Source: Mytilus edulis
Lineage: Eukaryota
Direction: 5' to 3'
Length of the DNA: 64,000 nt
Assembly: GCF_963676685.1 (NCBI RefSeq)
Contig: NC_092345.1
Coordinates: 37,758,001 to 37,822,000, forward strand
The translations under genes and the position numbers were made by a program. This document shows, piece after piece, positions 40,201 to 51,419 of this stretch. The number at the start of each line of letters is the position of its first letter. Position 1 is the first letter of the stretch. The notes beneath the pieces were generated by a model. That model saw nothing but the letters and a program-made list of their open reading frames with translations. It was not told the DNA's origin and did not search any database.

Positions 40201-42777
40201 GAAGAAAAAAAGAGAGTTTAGCGACCGCACCTATATTGGCTTATCCAGATTATCACAGACCATTTGAGTTACACACGGATGACAGTGGTTTAGGTTAAGA
40301 AGCTGTGCTGTATCAAGAGCAAGAAACCAAACTCAGAGTAGTTGCATATGCCAGCAGAGGATTGACCAAGGCTGAGAAAAACTATCCTGCTCATAAGATG
40401 GAATTCCTCGCTCTGAAATGGGCCATTACAGATAAGTTCCACGATTACTTGTATGGAAACCGATTTCATGTGGTAACAGACAACAACCCATTAACTTACG
40501 TACTTACATCAGCGAAGTTAGATGCAACAGGTCATAGATGGTTATCAGCACTTGCAGCATATGATTTTGACATAGCATACAGACCAGGAAAGATTAACAA
40601 CGATGCTGATGCTCTTTCAAGATTACCACCAGCACAGGAAGCTACCTTATCTTCGGACAGTATCAAGGCAATTTGTGGAACCATAGGAACACCATATGTT
40701 GACACTTTAGTTGTTGAGCCTGATGTTATCAACACCATGAACATTGATCTACATATGCAAGTGGAGCATAATATTGATTGGGCTACAGTTCAACAGTCAG
40801 ATACACATCTTAAGCCTTGGATTGACTTTGTGAAGTCAGGATCTAAACCCAAGAAAGGACAGTTACCATCCAGTTCTCTTAATCGACACTTTGATCAGTT
40901 GAAGTTGCATGACAACATACTATACAGGGAGATTACTATTGATGGAAGAAATGTTAGACAGTTAGTTCTGCCATCTTCACATGTACCTGTAGTATTGGAA
41001 GCATTGCACAATGAGATGGGTCATCCAGGAAGAGATAGGACAAACAGCTTAGTCAGAGATAGATTTTACTGGTCAGCCATGCACAAGGATATTGATGAAT
41101 GGATTAGTCACTGTGACAGATGTCTCAAGAGAAAGAAAGATCCACACAGAGCTCCATTGATCAACATTTCATCATCACAGCCTATAGAGTTGGTGTGTTT
41201 GGACTTTTTAACATTGGAACCATCTAAAGGAGGCATACAGAATATACTTGTAATTACTGACCATTATACACGATATGCTCAAGCTGTACCAACAAGGAAC
41301 CAGACCGCTCGAAAAACAGCAGAAGCTCTGTTTAACAGTTTTATAGTGCATTATGGAATACCACAGAGATTGCACTCAGACCAAGGAGCCAACTTTGAAA
41401 GCAATGTGATTAAGGAACTTTGTCAACTACTTGGAGTACAGAAATCAAGAACAACACCTTATCACCCCATGGGAAATGGCATGACTGAGAGGTTCAACAG
41501 GACTCTACTTGGCATGTTGGGAACCTTACAGCCACACCAGAAGGTAAATTGGAAGACTCATGTTGCTCCACTTGTACATGCTTACAACTGTACCCGCCAT
41601 GAAGCTACCAGCCATTCACCTTATTTTCTGATGTTTGGTCGAGAACCTAATTTGCCTATAGATATAGCCTTTGGACTTACCACAGATACAGTCAGACAGC
41701 CACAGTCCAAATACATTATATCTATTTTATTTAGAAAAAAAAGATATTCGAAAGAATATAAAGGGATATTCAAACTTACTCATAAGTCGAAAACAAACTG
41801 ACAATGCCATGGCAAGAAATAAAGTGACCGAAAGACATATAACAGAATACATTTACACAACATAGAAAACTAAAGACTTATGATAAATGCACTTCATACC
41901 TGATCATGACGTATCCATTATCATCAAATGCTTGTTTGATATTGTCTGTAACCTTGAATGAATCTGTGTATGTATACTCTGAAAGAAATAATTTATAATA
42001 GTAGTTTCTTGACTATGTCCATAGTCAATTTTTATATTCAAAAGTATAATTATGAAAGAATAATTGTGTACCTTGCAAAGTAAAGATAACTCTACAAGAA
42101 AGATACTTAAATAAATACAACTCTACAAGGAAGGCACTAAAGTACATGTAACCCTACAGGCGAGGCACTAAAGTAAATATAACATTCAGGGAAATTACTA
42201 ATGGACAAATGAAATGTTGATCGTCTGATCTATAAATATTTTCCCATGAACGAAAAATAGTATGATTATACTTCTTATTGTCATATAGTAAAAAAATAAC
42301 AGGCCGTTAAGGCAATTTTCACTAGTATATGATTACATTGAACTCATGTTTCATAATCCATAAGTTTGATACTCCCTTTGCCTTTTGTGTATGGTGGTCA
42401 TATTTGCAATAATACCACATTTATTTATGGCTATTAGGAATTCAAAAAGATAAGAATAGAGCTACATTTCTTTGAACAATATTTAATATGTTTACTTTTT
42501 ATAGCTATTTCCTGCAAATGGCTGCATTTACAAGGTCGTCGGCTATCCTATTTTCCCGCAGTCTTGTCGAGTTAATGAGCTTCGGTCCTTGTCTTTAGCA
42601 AGATTATTCATTTTTAGTTTTGATTAGATAAGACCAAGATATTCATGTTTGATCCCCGCCCCGAATATCAAATGATCTTCCCCGAGTCTGAAAAAAAATT
42701 AGATTATTAAACCATTAAAGGCTGCCTAAGTTAAGAAATATTGTAAATTTTTATCATTCCATACCTGATTCTGTCAT
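19260..42777 (-). CDS. PhyH-family Fe(II)/2-oxoglutarate dioxygenase (L-proline trans-4-hydroxylase/EctD-like), 286 aa, 9 coding exons
   Basis: Exons 42777-42765 (MTES), 41978-41900, 26408-26327, 25055-24945, 23961-23867, 23446-23356, 21246-21117, 20449-20298 and 19367-19260. All are GT-AG with consistent phases, 861 nt in total. Motifs: FDDNGYVMIR, WHQDYGYW (HxD), NGCLQILPGSHK, PGDALIFHSNVIHTSAPNNSPNRR (distal His and 2OG-binding Arg). Confidence 0.92.
20800..21065 (+). mobile_element. tRNA-derived SINE
   Basis: tRNA-like head with B box (gattcgaaccc), then the core ...ttagcacgcagcattaaggagtaagagcaaa..., which I recognise as a common mollusc SINE body. Confidence 0.7.
21392..21485. repeat. 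Perfect 94-bp palindrome centred on (AT)8
   Basis: ttatttggactctgttggatagtcgtctcatttgcaatc(at)8gattgcaaatgagacgactatccaacagagtccaaataa. A second inverted repeat with 17-bp arms is adjacent at 21352-21393. Confidence 0.95.
21753..22765 (+). mobile_element. Probable Helentron-type non-autonomous element
   Basis: Internal degenerate repeats (gagttattgccct) and a 3' end with gtgagcgac followed by the hairpin aggcttattagagcct. Confidence 0.45.
24558..24790 (+). mobile_element. tRNA-derived SINE
   Basis: A-box-like ggtggccga, B box gttcgaaccc, and the same 3' tail family as 8905-9072. Confidence 0.6.
25218..25520 (-). mobile_element. Helentron-associated (DINE/pearl-like) short element with an (ACGA)n core
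   Basis: Subterminal hairpin atgcccct...ggggcat, an (acga)n microsatellite and A-rich flanks. The same segment is embedded in both Helitron copies (6275-6400; 12570-12692). Confidence 0.65.
27039..27366. mobile_element. Probable MITE with gttcc-rich internal repeats
   Basis: Short inverted ends gctcagt...actgagc and many a(a/t)(a/t)(a/t)gttcc motifs. No clear TSD. Confidence 0.45.
27820..28178 (+). mobile_element. Helitron 3' terminal fragment
   Basis: Hairpin cccgcgatatcacggg followed by tgtgttCTAG|T, the same terminus type as 7080. The 5' boundary is approximate. Confidence 0.7.
28532..29572 (+). CDS. Harbinger/HARBI1-like DDE transposase (DDE_Tnp_4), 346 aa
   Basis: Intact single-exon ORF from ATG 28532. 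Catalytic triad motifs GFIDGT, YGDPAY and VEWAFG; also GRRHDA and an N-terminal HTH-like region LRRLAYPCRLEDL. Confidence 0.93.
   Translation: MAENLKVLAALEDSDELLLLSLCKEEKSNFPGIEVEKLTNEQCRSFFRFDKDDIEILRRALRIPEKVVCSNRTTARGIDGLCMVLRRLAYPCRLEDLEYIFGRSKTELSLIINEVLDFIHDNHCHLLSDFDMSWLSQECLERFAGAVFDRDGPLDSCWGFIDGTVRPICRPQENQRLVFNGHKRSHALKFQSIVTPNGIISNLFGPIEGRRHDAGMLRESDILAQMRVHMTTPQGRIFCIYGDPAYPVTDGYIIAPFRGGVISRNQMIFNKRMSAVRICVEWAFGKVLSLFAFLDYKKNLKLYLQPVGKYYKVAVLLTNCHTCLYGSETGIFFDVSPPTLEDYLLG
29860..30025. repeat. ~31-bp minisatellite inside the Harbinger element
   Basis: Unit ctaggctagtgacacattactgacaacaccc, ~5 degenerate copies. Confidence 0.75.
30486..30646. mobile_element. Small MITE nested in the Harbinger element
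   Basis: Inverted ends ccgtggcggat...atccgcctctg flanked by the direct repeat GGAAA. Confidence 0.65.
31008..33447 (-). CDS. Harbinger accessory Myb/SANT-like DNA-binding and coiled-coil protein (4 exons; one-base frameshift in the last exon)
   Basis: Exons 33447-33393 (MAVKRTSQ...), 32840-32600 (FQTKDDLVLLREVLAKNPF...WNEIA...RRVRERTHLL), 32070-31898 (SGIDEEYGEKETLLDEI...) and 31265-31008. Phases are consistent. One extra A in a run at ~31141-31146 breaks the coiled-coil tail. Confidence 0.8.
33574..34851 (+). repeat. Putative 5' LTR (~1.28 kb)
   Basis: Ends ...gttACA two nt before the PBS. The start TGTGGC is inferred because there is no second LTR to confirm it. Confidence 0.55.
34854..34867 (+). 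promoter_or_regulatory. Primer-binding site complementary to the tRNA-Lys(CUU) 3' end
   Basis: TGGCGCCCAACGTG is the first 14 nt of the Lys1,2 PBS. Confidence 0.85.
37185..38384 (+). CDS. gag: Gag (PNMA-like capsid, RGNY repeats, CCHC zinc knuckle)
   Basis: 399-aa intact ORF with LPFFSG...YDLWRYE...SL...A...LDSVFG (PNMA/Gypsy capsid pattern) and the knuckle CRKCGQEGHFARGC. Confidence 0.92.
   Translation: MSGFEDLAKALQSLGEKPEDIPQNIKDLMSSLVKEDKSDVKAGIKPTSIYVNPPRLPFFSGKDKLGGGEVTYDLWRYELVCLINDKTHSKELITQSVRRSLKDPAGKVVMRIGPHAELSAILKKLDSVFGVVEEKESVMREFYNATQHEDEDISAWSFILEDILEKAIQTEKVKRSEADEMLHDMLWKGLRQNLKAISHYEKEKYTTFDSLRVALRRIEKDNILDMPTLKTTTKGTSKKAITKLKNTDDDDDKDDYDEQEEGFTGFMNVITTRLDRIETGMQQHQNQNLYQDQSRGNYRGNNYRGNYRGNSYRGNYRGNSYRGNQRGNYQGNYTTGRGYGQGYEKQQPAFEGQQPTYDRQRPIYCRKCGQEGHFARGCANKSNQFQNLNSRESTPRGGM
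38345..38404 (+). promoter_or_regulatory. Programmed -1 ribosomal frameshift signal (gag-pol)
   Basis: Slippery heptamer T TTA AAC (38345-38351) in the gag frame. The -1 frame is open into the protease. Downstream are a GTCTAC/GTAGAC stem and a possible GGGGC/GCCCC pairing. Confidence 0.8.
38345..41720 (+). pseudogene. pol: pol (protease, dUTPase-like spacer, RT, RNase H, integrase), disrupted
   Basis: Motifs: LLDTGS protease; RMPFGL and FIDD in RT; VVAYASR, TDN and DALSR in RNase H; H..H..C..C zinc finger and DDE integrase (LDF, SDQG, ERFNR). There is a deletion with frameshift at ~40215, an in-frame TAA at ~40296 and a truncated C-terminus. Confidence 0.92.
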
Positions 42778-44082
42778 AGTTTGTTAGTACATAGGATCAT
42801 CAGGTCTTTTGATAAAACTTGCTTTTTCCCTGAAAAAAATGTTAATATAAAAGGGGGTCCTTTTTCATAGAAATAAGATGTGGTATGAGTGCCAATGAGA
42901 CAACATGGCTTGACAAATGAGAGCATTATGATAAGTAGATACAGATTTCCTGCTTTCAGACCGCCAAGACAGTATCCAGAGTAAATATTGCTTTTTCTTC
43001 CTTATACCGTATGCCCCTGCATATAACTGATAACATGGATATACGGTACTAAGTTTTCGGCAGCAAACTTTACACTTTTGCACTCACTTGACAGCAGCAA
43101 TCGCAAGCATACCGATAATTTGTTCGGACGGTGTAAGATTAAACATTTTGATTTTTACCGTTTATCTAATTTGAACCACAGCAGATACTAGTGATTAAAA
43201 GGATAAGTGTGAATATTCAATGAATATTGCAAACAAATTAAGAGATTAAATTAATTTCACAAGAATATTTGAAACATGTGTTGCCTTCAATGTAATATTT
43301 CAGTGTGTGTACGCACATGAAGTCATCTCAAACCCTTTAAGGAAAAGAAAACATTTAAAGATTATGAATATGAGAATAGACATTCATAAAAATGAAATTA
43401 CAAAACAACACATAATCATTAAACAACCATAACAAATAGTTTTAAACTAGAGGTGAAAACTATTGGACAAATAAATGAAGTCCATACCTTATGTGTAATG
43501 TGTACAATTATGATAATGAAATACAGGTCATCATTATCTGTGTAGACAGGTCATCACTATCTGTGTAGATAAATAAACTTATCCTTATCTCTTTATCATT
43601 TATTAGTTGCATGGTTTCATCTGATGTGCAGGTACATTATATGTGTACGTGTATACCATTATAATCACTTTAATTTGTTTTATTCGTATACATGCATATG
43701 AAATAACAAGTAACTCGTGTTCGTCATTTTATTGTTTGCTTTACTGTGGTTTGACAAAAACGAAAAAATACACTTTATAAATGTGCGTGTGAAATGCTTT
43801 TCTATATTTACCTTCAACAAGAGTTTAGGGCGTTCAATTTAAACTTTTGAAAAATAGAGGCAACCAAAGGACCGCTTACGGATTTTACAAGGTTATATAT
43901 TATACTTAACTACAGATAGTGTGACACTCACCCTACTTTAGGCATCGAAATTAAAGTTTATATTCCAACCAGACGTGGATGCATGTTTTTCAAACCTGTT
44001 TTTTTTTTACCATACCCATTGTCTAAAGAATTACCTGAATGCTAGGTGACAGCTTTCCTACCAAGATGTATGGTTACATCTT

Positions 44083-44465
44083 CTGACATCAGACTCGGAC
44101 TTCTCTTGAACTGAATTTTAATGTGCGTATTGTTATGCGTTTACTTTTCTACATTGGCTAGAGGTATAGGGGGAGGGTTGAGATCTCACAAACATTTTTG
44201 CGCCTGTCCCAAGTCAGGAGCCTCTGGCCTTTGTTAGTCTTGTATTATTTTAATTTTAGTTTCTTGTGTACAATTTGGAAATTAGTATGGCGTTCATTAT
44301 CACTGAACTAGTATATATTTGTTTAGGGGCCAGCTGAAGGACGCCTCCGGGTGCGGGAATTTTTCGCTACATTGAAGACCTGTTGGTGACCTTCTGCTGA
44401 TGTTTTTTTCTATGGTCGGGTTGTTGTCTCTTTGGCACATTCCCAATTTCCATTCTCAATTTTAT
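44083..44465 (+). repeat. Interspersed repeat (inverted related copy at ~50585-50930)
   Basis: Shared segments acattggctagaggtatagggggag / cctgtcccaagtcaggagcctctggc / cccaatttccattctcaatttt. Confidence 0.75.
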
Positions 44466-45424
44466 TATATCTTGGTATGTCCTTTTGTTGTCTAAACGTT
44501 TGTATGGTTTCAGTGAGCTTTTAAAAACATTAATTGTAAGGTTTCTTTGCTACAGTAACATGTAACAATGTTTGTTTTGAGTCTGTACCCTCTCGTGTTT
44601 CGAAAGTTATGTACCGAAAAACTGCAAGTAAGTGTCGGACACATTCAAATGGAACTCATGTGTTACAATATCGTCAGGTGATTGGTTAATTATGATATGA
44701 TATGACTCTGTTCTGTAGATGATGTGACATGAGTGACAAACACATGTTTTCATTCAACTTTACAAACGCGTTTTTAATAGAACTAAGAGAAATATTATGA
44801 AAGGATAAAGTCATTCTGTTCAGTTGTTCCTGAAAAAAGAATGACGAGCATAGTTTGTTTGATGAACGGACGGGCAAGGTAATTGGTATAATTGTTACCT
44901 GAAGAAGATATCTACACCAAAGAAGATTTCATCATAATTAGGTGCTAGAGATCGTATTAAACTTACAGGGAGGTCTGAGTTTTTTCTCCACACTGAAGAC
45001 CTCATTGTCGTTTTGCCGGGCCTGGGATGAAAGTGCTGTTCCTTTGGGTTTTTTTTATCAAGTGCGTGTAAGGATTTTGTGATTGTCGCGAGTTGATAAA
45101 AATCCTTTCTGTTCCATGATTTGTAAAAAAGGATATTGTGCTATTATAATATTGTAATATATAAACTTTGTTTCACTCGTTCAAGCCAACGGAAGACCGA
45201 GTTGTTCAGTATACTAGTCACTAACATATAATATATGTCTTTTGTTGAAAATTGTGTTACATAGACTATACCCTTTTTAGTATTTAAATATTTTTTCCAA
45301 ATCTTTTTAAGTCCGTTTGATGTACTTCAAAATAGAAATATCCAACCCATTTTATCTCTATTCACCCTCTATTTTTAAAGGCAGTTACCATAAAATACGA
45401 CCTTCATTAAATTCGGCGCCGAAA

Positions 45425-45870
45425 TAGAATCATATTCAAAACAGTGTGGCTGTGGCCATTGATTGACGACCTAAATTGTTCTATTGACTGGGACAGATTA
45501 GGTGAACGTTTGTCTGTAACGACCACTTCTCACTACTTACTTATCATAGAATTTAAACTGAGGGGTAACCAAAGGTTCTTAACGTCTTCAATAATAAAAT
45601 TATTCGAAAAATTAATCAGGAATAACCTTTATGTTTTGATTTATATTATTGATATAGATCATAACATCGTGTTATTGCTGATTAATTTTTCGTATTAACT
45701 TCATTTAGGTGTTGAGAACCTTTGGTGACCCCACAGTTTAAGTGTCTTTAACAAGTACATAGTGAGCAATGGTCGTTTCAGACAAACGTTCACATAATCT
45801 GTCCCAGTCAATGGGATAATTTAGGTCGTCAATCAATGGCCACAGCCACACTGTTTTGAATATGATTCTA
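45425..45870. mobile_element. Foldback MITE (near-palindromic along its length)
   Basis: About 50 bp of perfect TIR (tagaatcatattcaaaacagtgtggctgtggccattgattgacgacctaaatt), with imperfect symmetry continuing inward. TA at both ends. Confidence 0.9.
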
Positions 45871-46538
45871 GTATAGTAAGAGTAATGAATATTTTAAAAA
45901 ATAAAATTGACTCCGTTGACCACAGTATAATCCAATAAATCTCAATTATTTTTCTAAGAAATACCCCCCAAAAATATCTAATTATATTGATTTTGGTGAT
46001 ATTATATTTTTTAGCTTAAAGTTTACAGTTTTAGGGAGGAGTCTACTGAGCGTGCACACTCTTTGGTATTCGCAAATAGCAACAAAAATGTTGAAGGTCG
46101 TACAGTGAACAGTATTGTGTCATGTGGTCTCTGGTGAAGGTGTCTCACTGGAATTCATACCACAGCTTCTGTTTTTCTTTTTCTTTTTTCTTTTTTTTAT
46201 AGTGTACTATTTTTTTTTGTTTTAGAAAAAGAAATTATTATTAATAATTGTAATAAAAATATTTTATTTAAAGACTTAAAAGAGTAGTGACGGAAAATTT
46301 TGTAAAGTCTATGTGCTTGGTCAAAAAGTGAAAGTATTAAGTAGTTGTATAATTTCAGAAGGTAAACTGGAAAATATAATAATTCTTTACTTTGTGGTAT
46401 ACTAACTTGCATATTTTTATTTGAACACAAGATAACAATAATTGCGATCACAAACTTAAAAGGCAAAATAACAATATCACAATACACATTAAACAATACT
46501 GCTTCAGTAAATCTATAGTGAAGTGGAAGTAAAATAAA

Positions 46539-49500
46539 TCAAGGGAAAATTTCTTTTAATTTTCCTACATTCCTTTTCACCCATTCTTCAAATGTCTGTG
46601 TTTTAGGACAGATTTTTCTTGTTTCTTGGAGGTTATACCGCTGGTCGACGCGTAATATAAAGTCAAACATGTTGGCATAGTCTTGGGACCAAGGTTGTCC
46701 AAGTTGTGCATACTGGTAAGCCGTTAGCTAAAAATAAATAGAAAAACCATATAAAGAATATTCATAGACTGCATAGACTACCGATTATATTTTTACCTCA
46801 GTAACATCAAATCACAATACTTTTGCAAAGCTCATACTTTTTTTAAACGGTAATTAGCAGTTTCATCAAAATATACTAATTCTGATTGCTTAGTAAAATA
46901 ATAGCCTGACATTAAATGGCATAATATCGTGCATATTTAGGACTAATACTCAAATCTTATTACCAAAAGTTGAATTTGGTATATAAATGAAAGGGTTTTT
47001 CCATTGATTTAACATAATTATTACCATTCCTACCGATTCCGATCGACCGGACATGGTTGTGTATTTATGCATCCCGCATAATAAAACGAACACCCCTCTT
47101 TATCATGTTTTCTACGTTCGGACAGAGGTCTATGTGACCAAATGATATTCCTCTCCCCGTCGACTTTTGTAGCATGATGATATGCGAGACCTGTGTGTTT
47201 CCTGCCGAGTTATTTCAAGTCGGAGTCCGTCATGACAGATAACTTTTTTATTTATTTTGATATATCATTACATCACTTGCGATTGGCGGATCCAAGAGAG
47301 GGTTTCCGTGGGTTAGAACCCTCTTTTTGACAATCAATGTTTTTTGCCATAATTTCGACATATGATTGGAACCCCCTTTTAAAAATAGCCGGATCCGCCC
47401 CTGCATGCTGAGATTGAACTCTAAGAAACCAATGCTGTATTTATTCACGTTGTTTCACTCTAGTGTCTTCTAGTCAATTTAAGCAACCAACAATCAATCA
47501 ATCTAGTCAATTTTGTTTATTTCTCTTTTTTGTTCTCACTTTTTACTATTTTTACAAAGTTTATATGTTTGTAGTTTATTCTAAGTTATCGTTTTCTGCT
47601 ATCCTTATATATACATATGTGATCTTTCCTTCGGTATCTCCCCCATTTTTAAATAATTATATCAAATAAATGATTGCAATGTTAAAAGATGACATTTAAT
47701 AAAAAAAAAAAAAAAAACATTCAGCAGGAGTTAGGGTTTTAAATGTAGTTTTCATTTTATATTTAATGTGGAAAAGTTTCAAGAGGAGTGAGTATAACAC
47801 GTATTTAGAGAAACGAATAAATGCATGAAAATACGAAAAAAGTAACATGTGTAGAATAATAAATCAGTATAAACGGTAAGAAATGGGATAGGAAGGCTTG
47901 TAAGACAATATATGATTTAGGTGGTGATGGAAACTACCCTTGTCCATCAGTGAATGCCGTACGATGACATACAGCTTTTAATTTCTCTGTCATTTGGTCT
48001 CTTGTGAAAAGATTCTCATTGGTAATCATATCAACTACATCTTCTGTTTTATAATTAGAATCATGTTTGCAATTTGTCTCTACTAGTGTTTAGTATCACG
48101 TTGTTTGCAATTAGTATAGTACTTCAATAAAATACCTGTTTTTCTTTGAACTGTGTTGGGGCTAGGTGTCTTGAAAGATATGCTGCCATTTCTCTGACGG
48201 TGAGTTTATCGCCACATACACTTAATGTTTTCTCTAGGAATGCAGTTTTATTTGAAAATATAATACCAACAATGTCACCAACATCTTCTACACTCATCAT
48301 GTTGAAAGGTGTCACACCCATTGGAATTACTGAAAATAATATATGGAAGTGATATAAAATTGAGTAGGGAATTATTGCCAATAAGATTATTATCCATAAT
48401 ATACAAAATGTCGTGGATGTAAACAACTTCAAATGTATGTCAACACATACATGACCTTCAACAATGAGCAAAAAAAATTAAAATAAAACTCAGTAAGTTA
48501 GATCTTAATTAGATCAGAAAAATTTCTATGGAAAAAATGAACATATAATGAACACTACAACTTGCACCAATCAATTATGATAACGCAAATATAAGTGATT
48601 GTCTGACATTTAGTTACAAAGTGGAAGACATTTTAATTTGAAACTCGGTGACTATAAAAAGCAAAAAGTGCCATAGTGCCATAATAGAGACCTTCTCAGA
48701 TATATTATGCCTTAATAGCGCTCTAAGTGATGCACCGAGGTGACTGGATTTTTTTAAAATTTTTTTTGTGCTTATAAAATTTACTAGCCTATATTGTACG
48801 AATACCAGAAACTCAATAACATAGAACGTTTCAGCAAATTTGGTTTAAAGCCAAAATGGGAAAGATTTATTTTGTCGATGAGCTTGACGAACATAATATT
48901 CCTTTTTAAAACATAACAATCAAGTTAGCCAAATTATATAGATATAAGAAGATGTGGTATGATTGCCAATGAGTTAACTCTCCATCCAATACACAATTTG
49001 TAAGAGTATAATCATTTATAGGCCAAAGTAGGATCTTCAACACGGAGCATTTACTCAAACCGAACAACAAGCTATACAGGAACCCCAAAATGACAAGTGG
49101 AAAACCAATGGTATTGTCTATATACAAACAAGAAACGAGAAAACTAATGAACTACATCACATAAAGACAACCAATTGACCATCAGGTTCCTGATTTAGGG
49201 CATATGAAAACGGCGGGTTTAAACTTATAAATAGGTACCAACCTTCACCCTTAACTGAAACTATAGTGTAACATCACAACATAGAAAGACATACTATAAA
49301 ATATCAATAAAAATGACTTAATTCGATCAAAAGACATATTAACAAAAACAAGTAAACATACACTGAACAAATAAATTTGATCTATGACACAATCTAATTA
49401 CAAAATCAATGAAATAAGGTGTGAAATGTTAAACAATAGCAGATAGACAACCATAACCTTGGTCAAAATACCGCCAAAATAAAATAACGTATACACAGGT

Positions 49501-50148
49501 TTTTAAAAATAATTTTGTTGTAACGTATACAGTCATGGAGTACGGATTTTTTTTTTTACAAAATACGCTACGGTATATACATAAGGATGATGTGTTTATG
49601 AATATGACTATTCAAAGTTTAAACTTACCGATTTCATGCAATCCACGTCCCATATCAAAAGGTTTCAAAATATTTAAATAATCTTCATATAAGCACGGAA
49701 CAAGAATAAATGTTACTGGCAATCCTATTTGTCGTATATATCCTTCAATTTCCGCTTTGGCTACCAGATGCCGAGCTGAAATTCCAGTTATTTTAAACGG
49801 ATGTAACTGTGTATTAAAAACTACATGGGGAACTTTTGCTGCAGCGCATGCGTCGGCAATATTTTGACCTTGTTCGATTTCATCCTCTACGAACTGAGGA
49901 TTTGTAAAGTCAGATTTTGTAACAATAAAACACCCATCTGTGCCAGATAGTAAGTCTTTTATTGCGTTAACATCTTTAAGACTATTTTGAACAACTTCGA
50001 CGTTGCATGATTTCATAGATTGGACTTCCGGGGCTGACGTGTCCACAACAATCGCCTTGACCTTCAAGTTAGGATTCTTGGCAAGATTACAAGCTACAGC
50101 ACCACCTATATCCGTATCTCCACGAACAATTGTTATTGACTTGCTCAT
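46539..50148 (-). CDS. NmrA-like family domain protein (NMRAL1/HSCARG-like atypical SDR), 300 aa
   Basis: Exons 50148-49629, 48329-48136 and 46727-46539 (903 nt, phases consistent). Motifs DGCFIVT, EIEQGQNIADACAAAKVPHVVF, KAEIEGYI, SVEDVG, ANMFDF and TFEEWV. Confidence 0.9.
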
Positions 50149-51419
50149 CTGTAAAATAAAAATTAAATGTTTTTATTAAACATTTTCGTAAACGCACTCA
50201 TCATTAGAAGTTGTTTTGTATTACTAGATTATTGTAAGGTTGATTTTTGATATTGGGGAAGACGACATCAAAATGTGTTGCTCTTGAAATATACCATCAA
50301 TTTGAAACGACTTTAAGCTGTCGACTGGTTATAGTATACATGTTGGTTTTATTTTTATGTTAGGAGTTGCCTTTTCCAGACATTTAAATCACTGTTTGTA
50401 GGTTTGTTAAACATGTTGCAACTTAGGATATAACCATTGTTACCGGGATTAAAAACGCGCGTTTCGTCTTCAAAAGACTTATTAGTGACTTTCTAATAAT
50501 TAAAAAAAAGACCCTAAATTCCGAAAATTTCAGGAAATCACTTTTGGTGTCTTATATAATCTTAAGTTAATGATTTTTTTTAAAGTAAAATTGAGAATGG
50601 ATGTGGGGAATGTGTCAAAGAGAAAACTACCCAACCAAAGAGCAAAAAACAGTCGAAGGCTACCGCACCCGTTCGCGTGCTTCAGATGCCCCTAAACAAA
50701 AATGTGTACAATTTTAGTGAGAATGAACGTCACTAAACTCCGAATTATATAAATGAACTAAAAAATAAAAATTAAAAATCTTACAAGGCCAACAAATGCC
50801 AGAGGCTCCTGACTTTGGACAGGTGCATAAATGCGGCGGGGTTAAACATATTTTTTGAGAGCTCAATTCTCCCCCTATACCTCTAGCCAATGTAGATTAG
50901 GAAAAAAAAAACCCGCAGCAATACGCATTTATAATCCCCACTCAGGCCAGCCCTTTTTATTACTTTTTGTTGCAACATTGGTATACGTTTTTTTTTAAAT
51001 TTTATTAAATCGGGAAGTGGTACAACTTACTATTTAAAATACTACTAGTGAAAAAGAAAATACACATTGTATATACGTGACAAATATCTCATGAAAAACT
51101 TGAAAATAACGATAAACTAAAAACTAAAATGTATCTAATGAAAAGAAAAGGTTTTGCCTTTTCAGTTCATCTAACATGTTCTAATTCATCCTTTTTTTAT
51201 TTGACATCTTTATGGTAAGGTTCAATTCTTTTGCTAATATTCACTCGTATGTTTGTTTGGGGTTTTTTTTCGCAGTAAGATATAAGTTTTGTACCCCGTA
51301 TCTATTGGACTTAGTGTATTCATTAATGCATGTTGCACGATATTTGTCTTTGCATTCCATAACATTGTATGAAGCTGTAACATCTCTCTTAAAATTTTGC
51401 TCAAAATGGTCTAAATATA

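Larger units (their letters stand above)
33574..41720 (+). mobile_element. Gypsy/Ty3 LTR retrotransposon, 3'-truncated (no 3' LTR)
   Basis: Putative 5' LTR TGT...ACA, PBS, long leader, gag, then pol in the order PR-RT-RH-IN. Homology stops after the integrase core (~QPQSKYI) and runs into unrelated repeat sequence. Confidence 0.92.

Noticed and set aside
41720-41865. Integrase C-terminal extension or env
   Set aside because: Read-through into an unrelated interspersed repeat after the truncation point.
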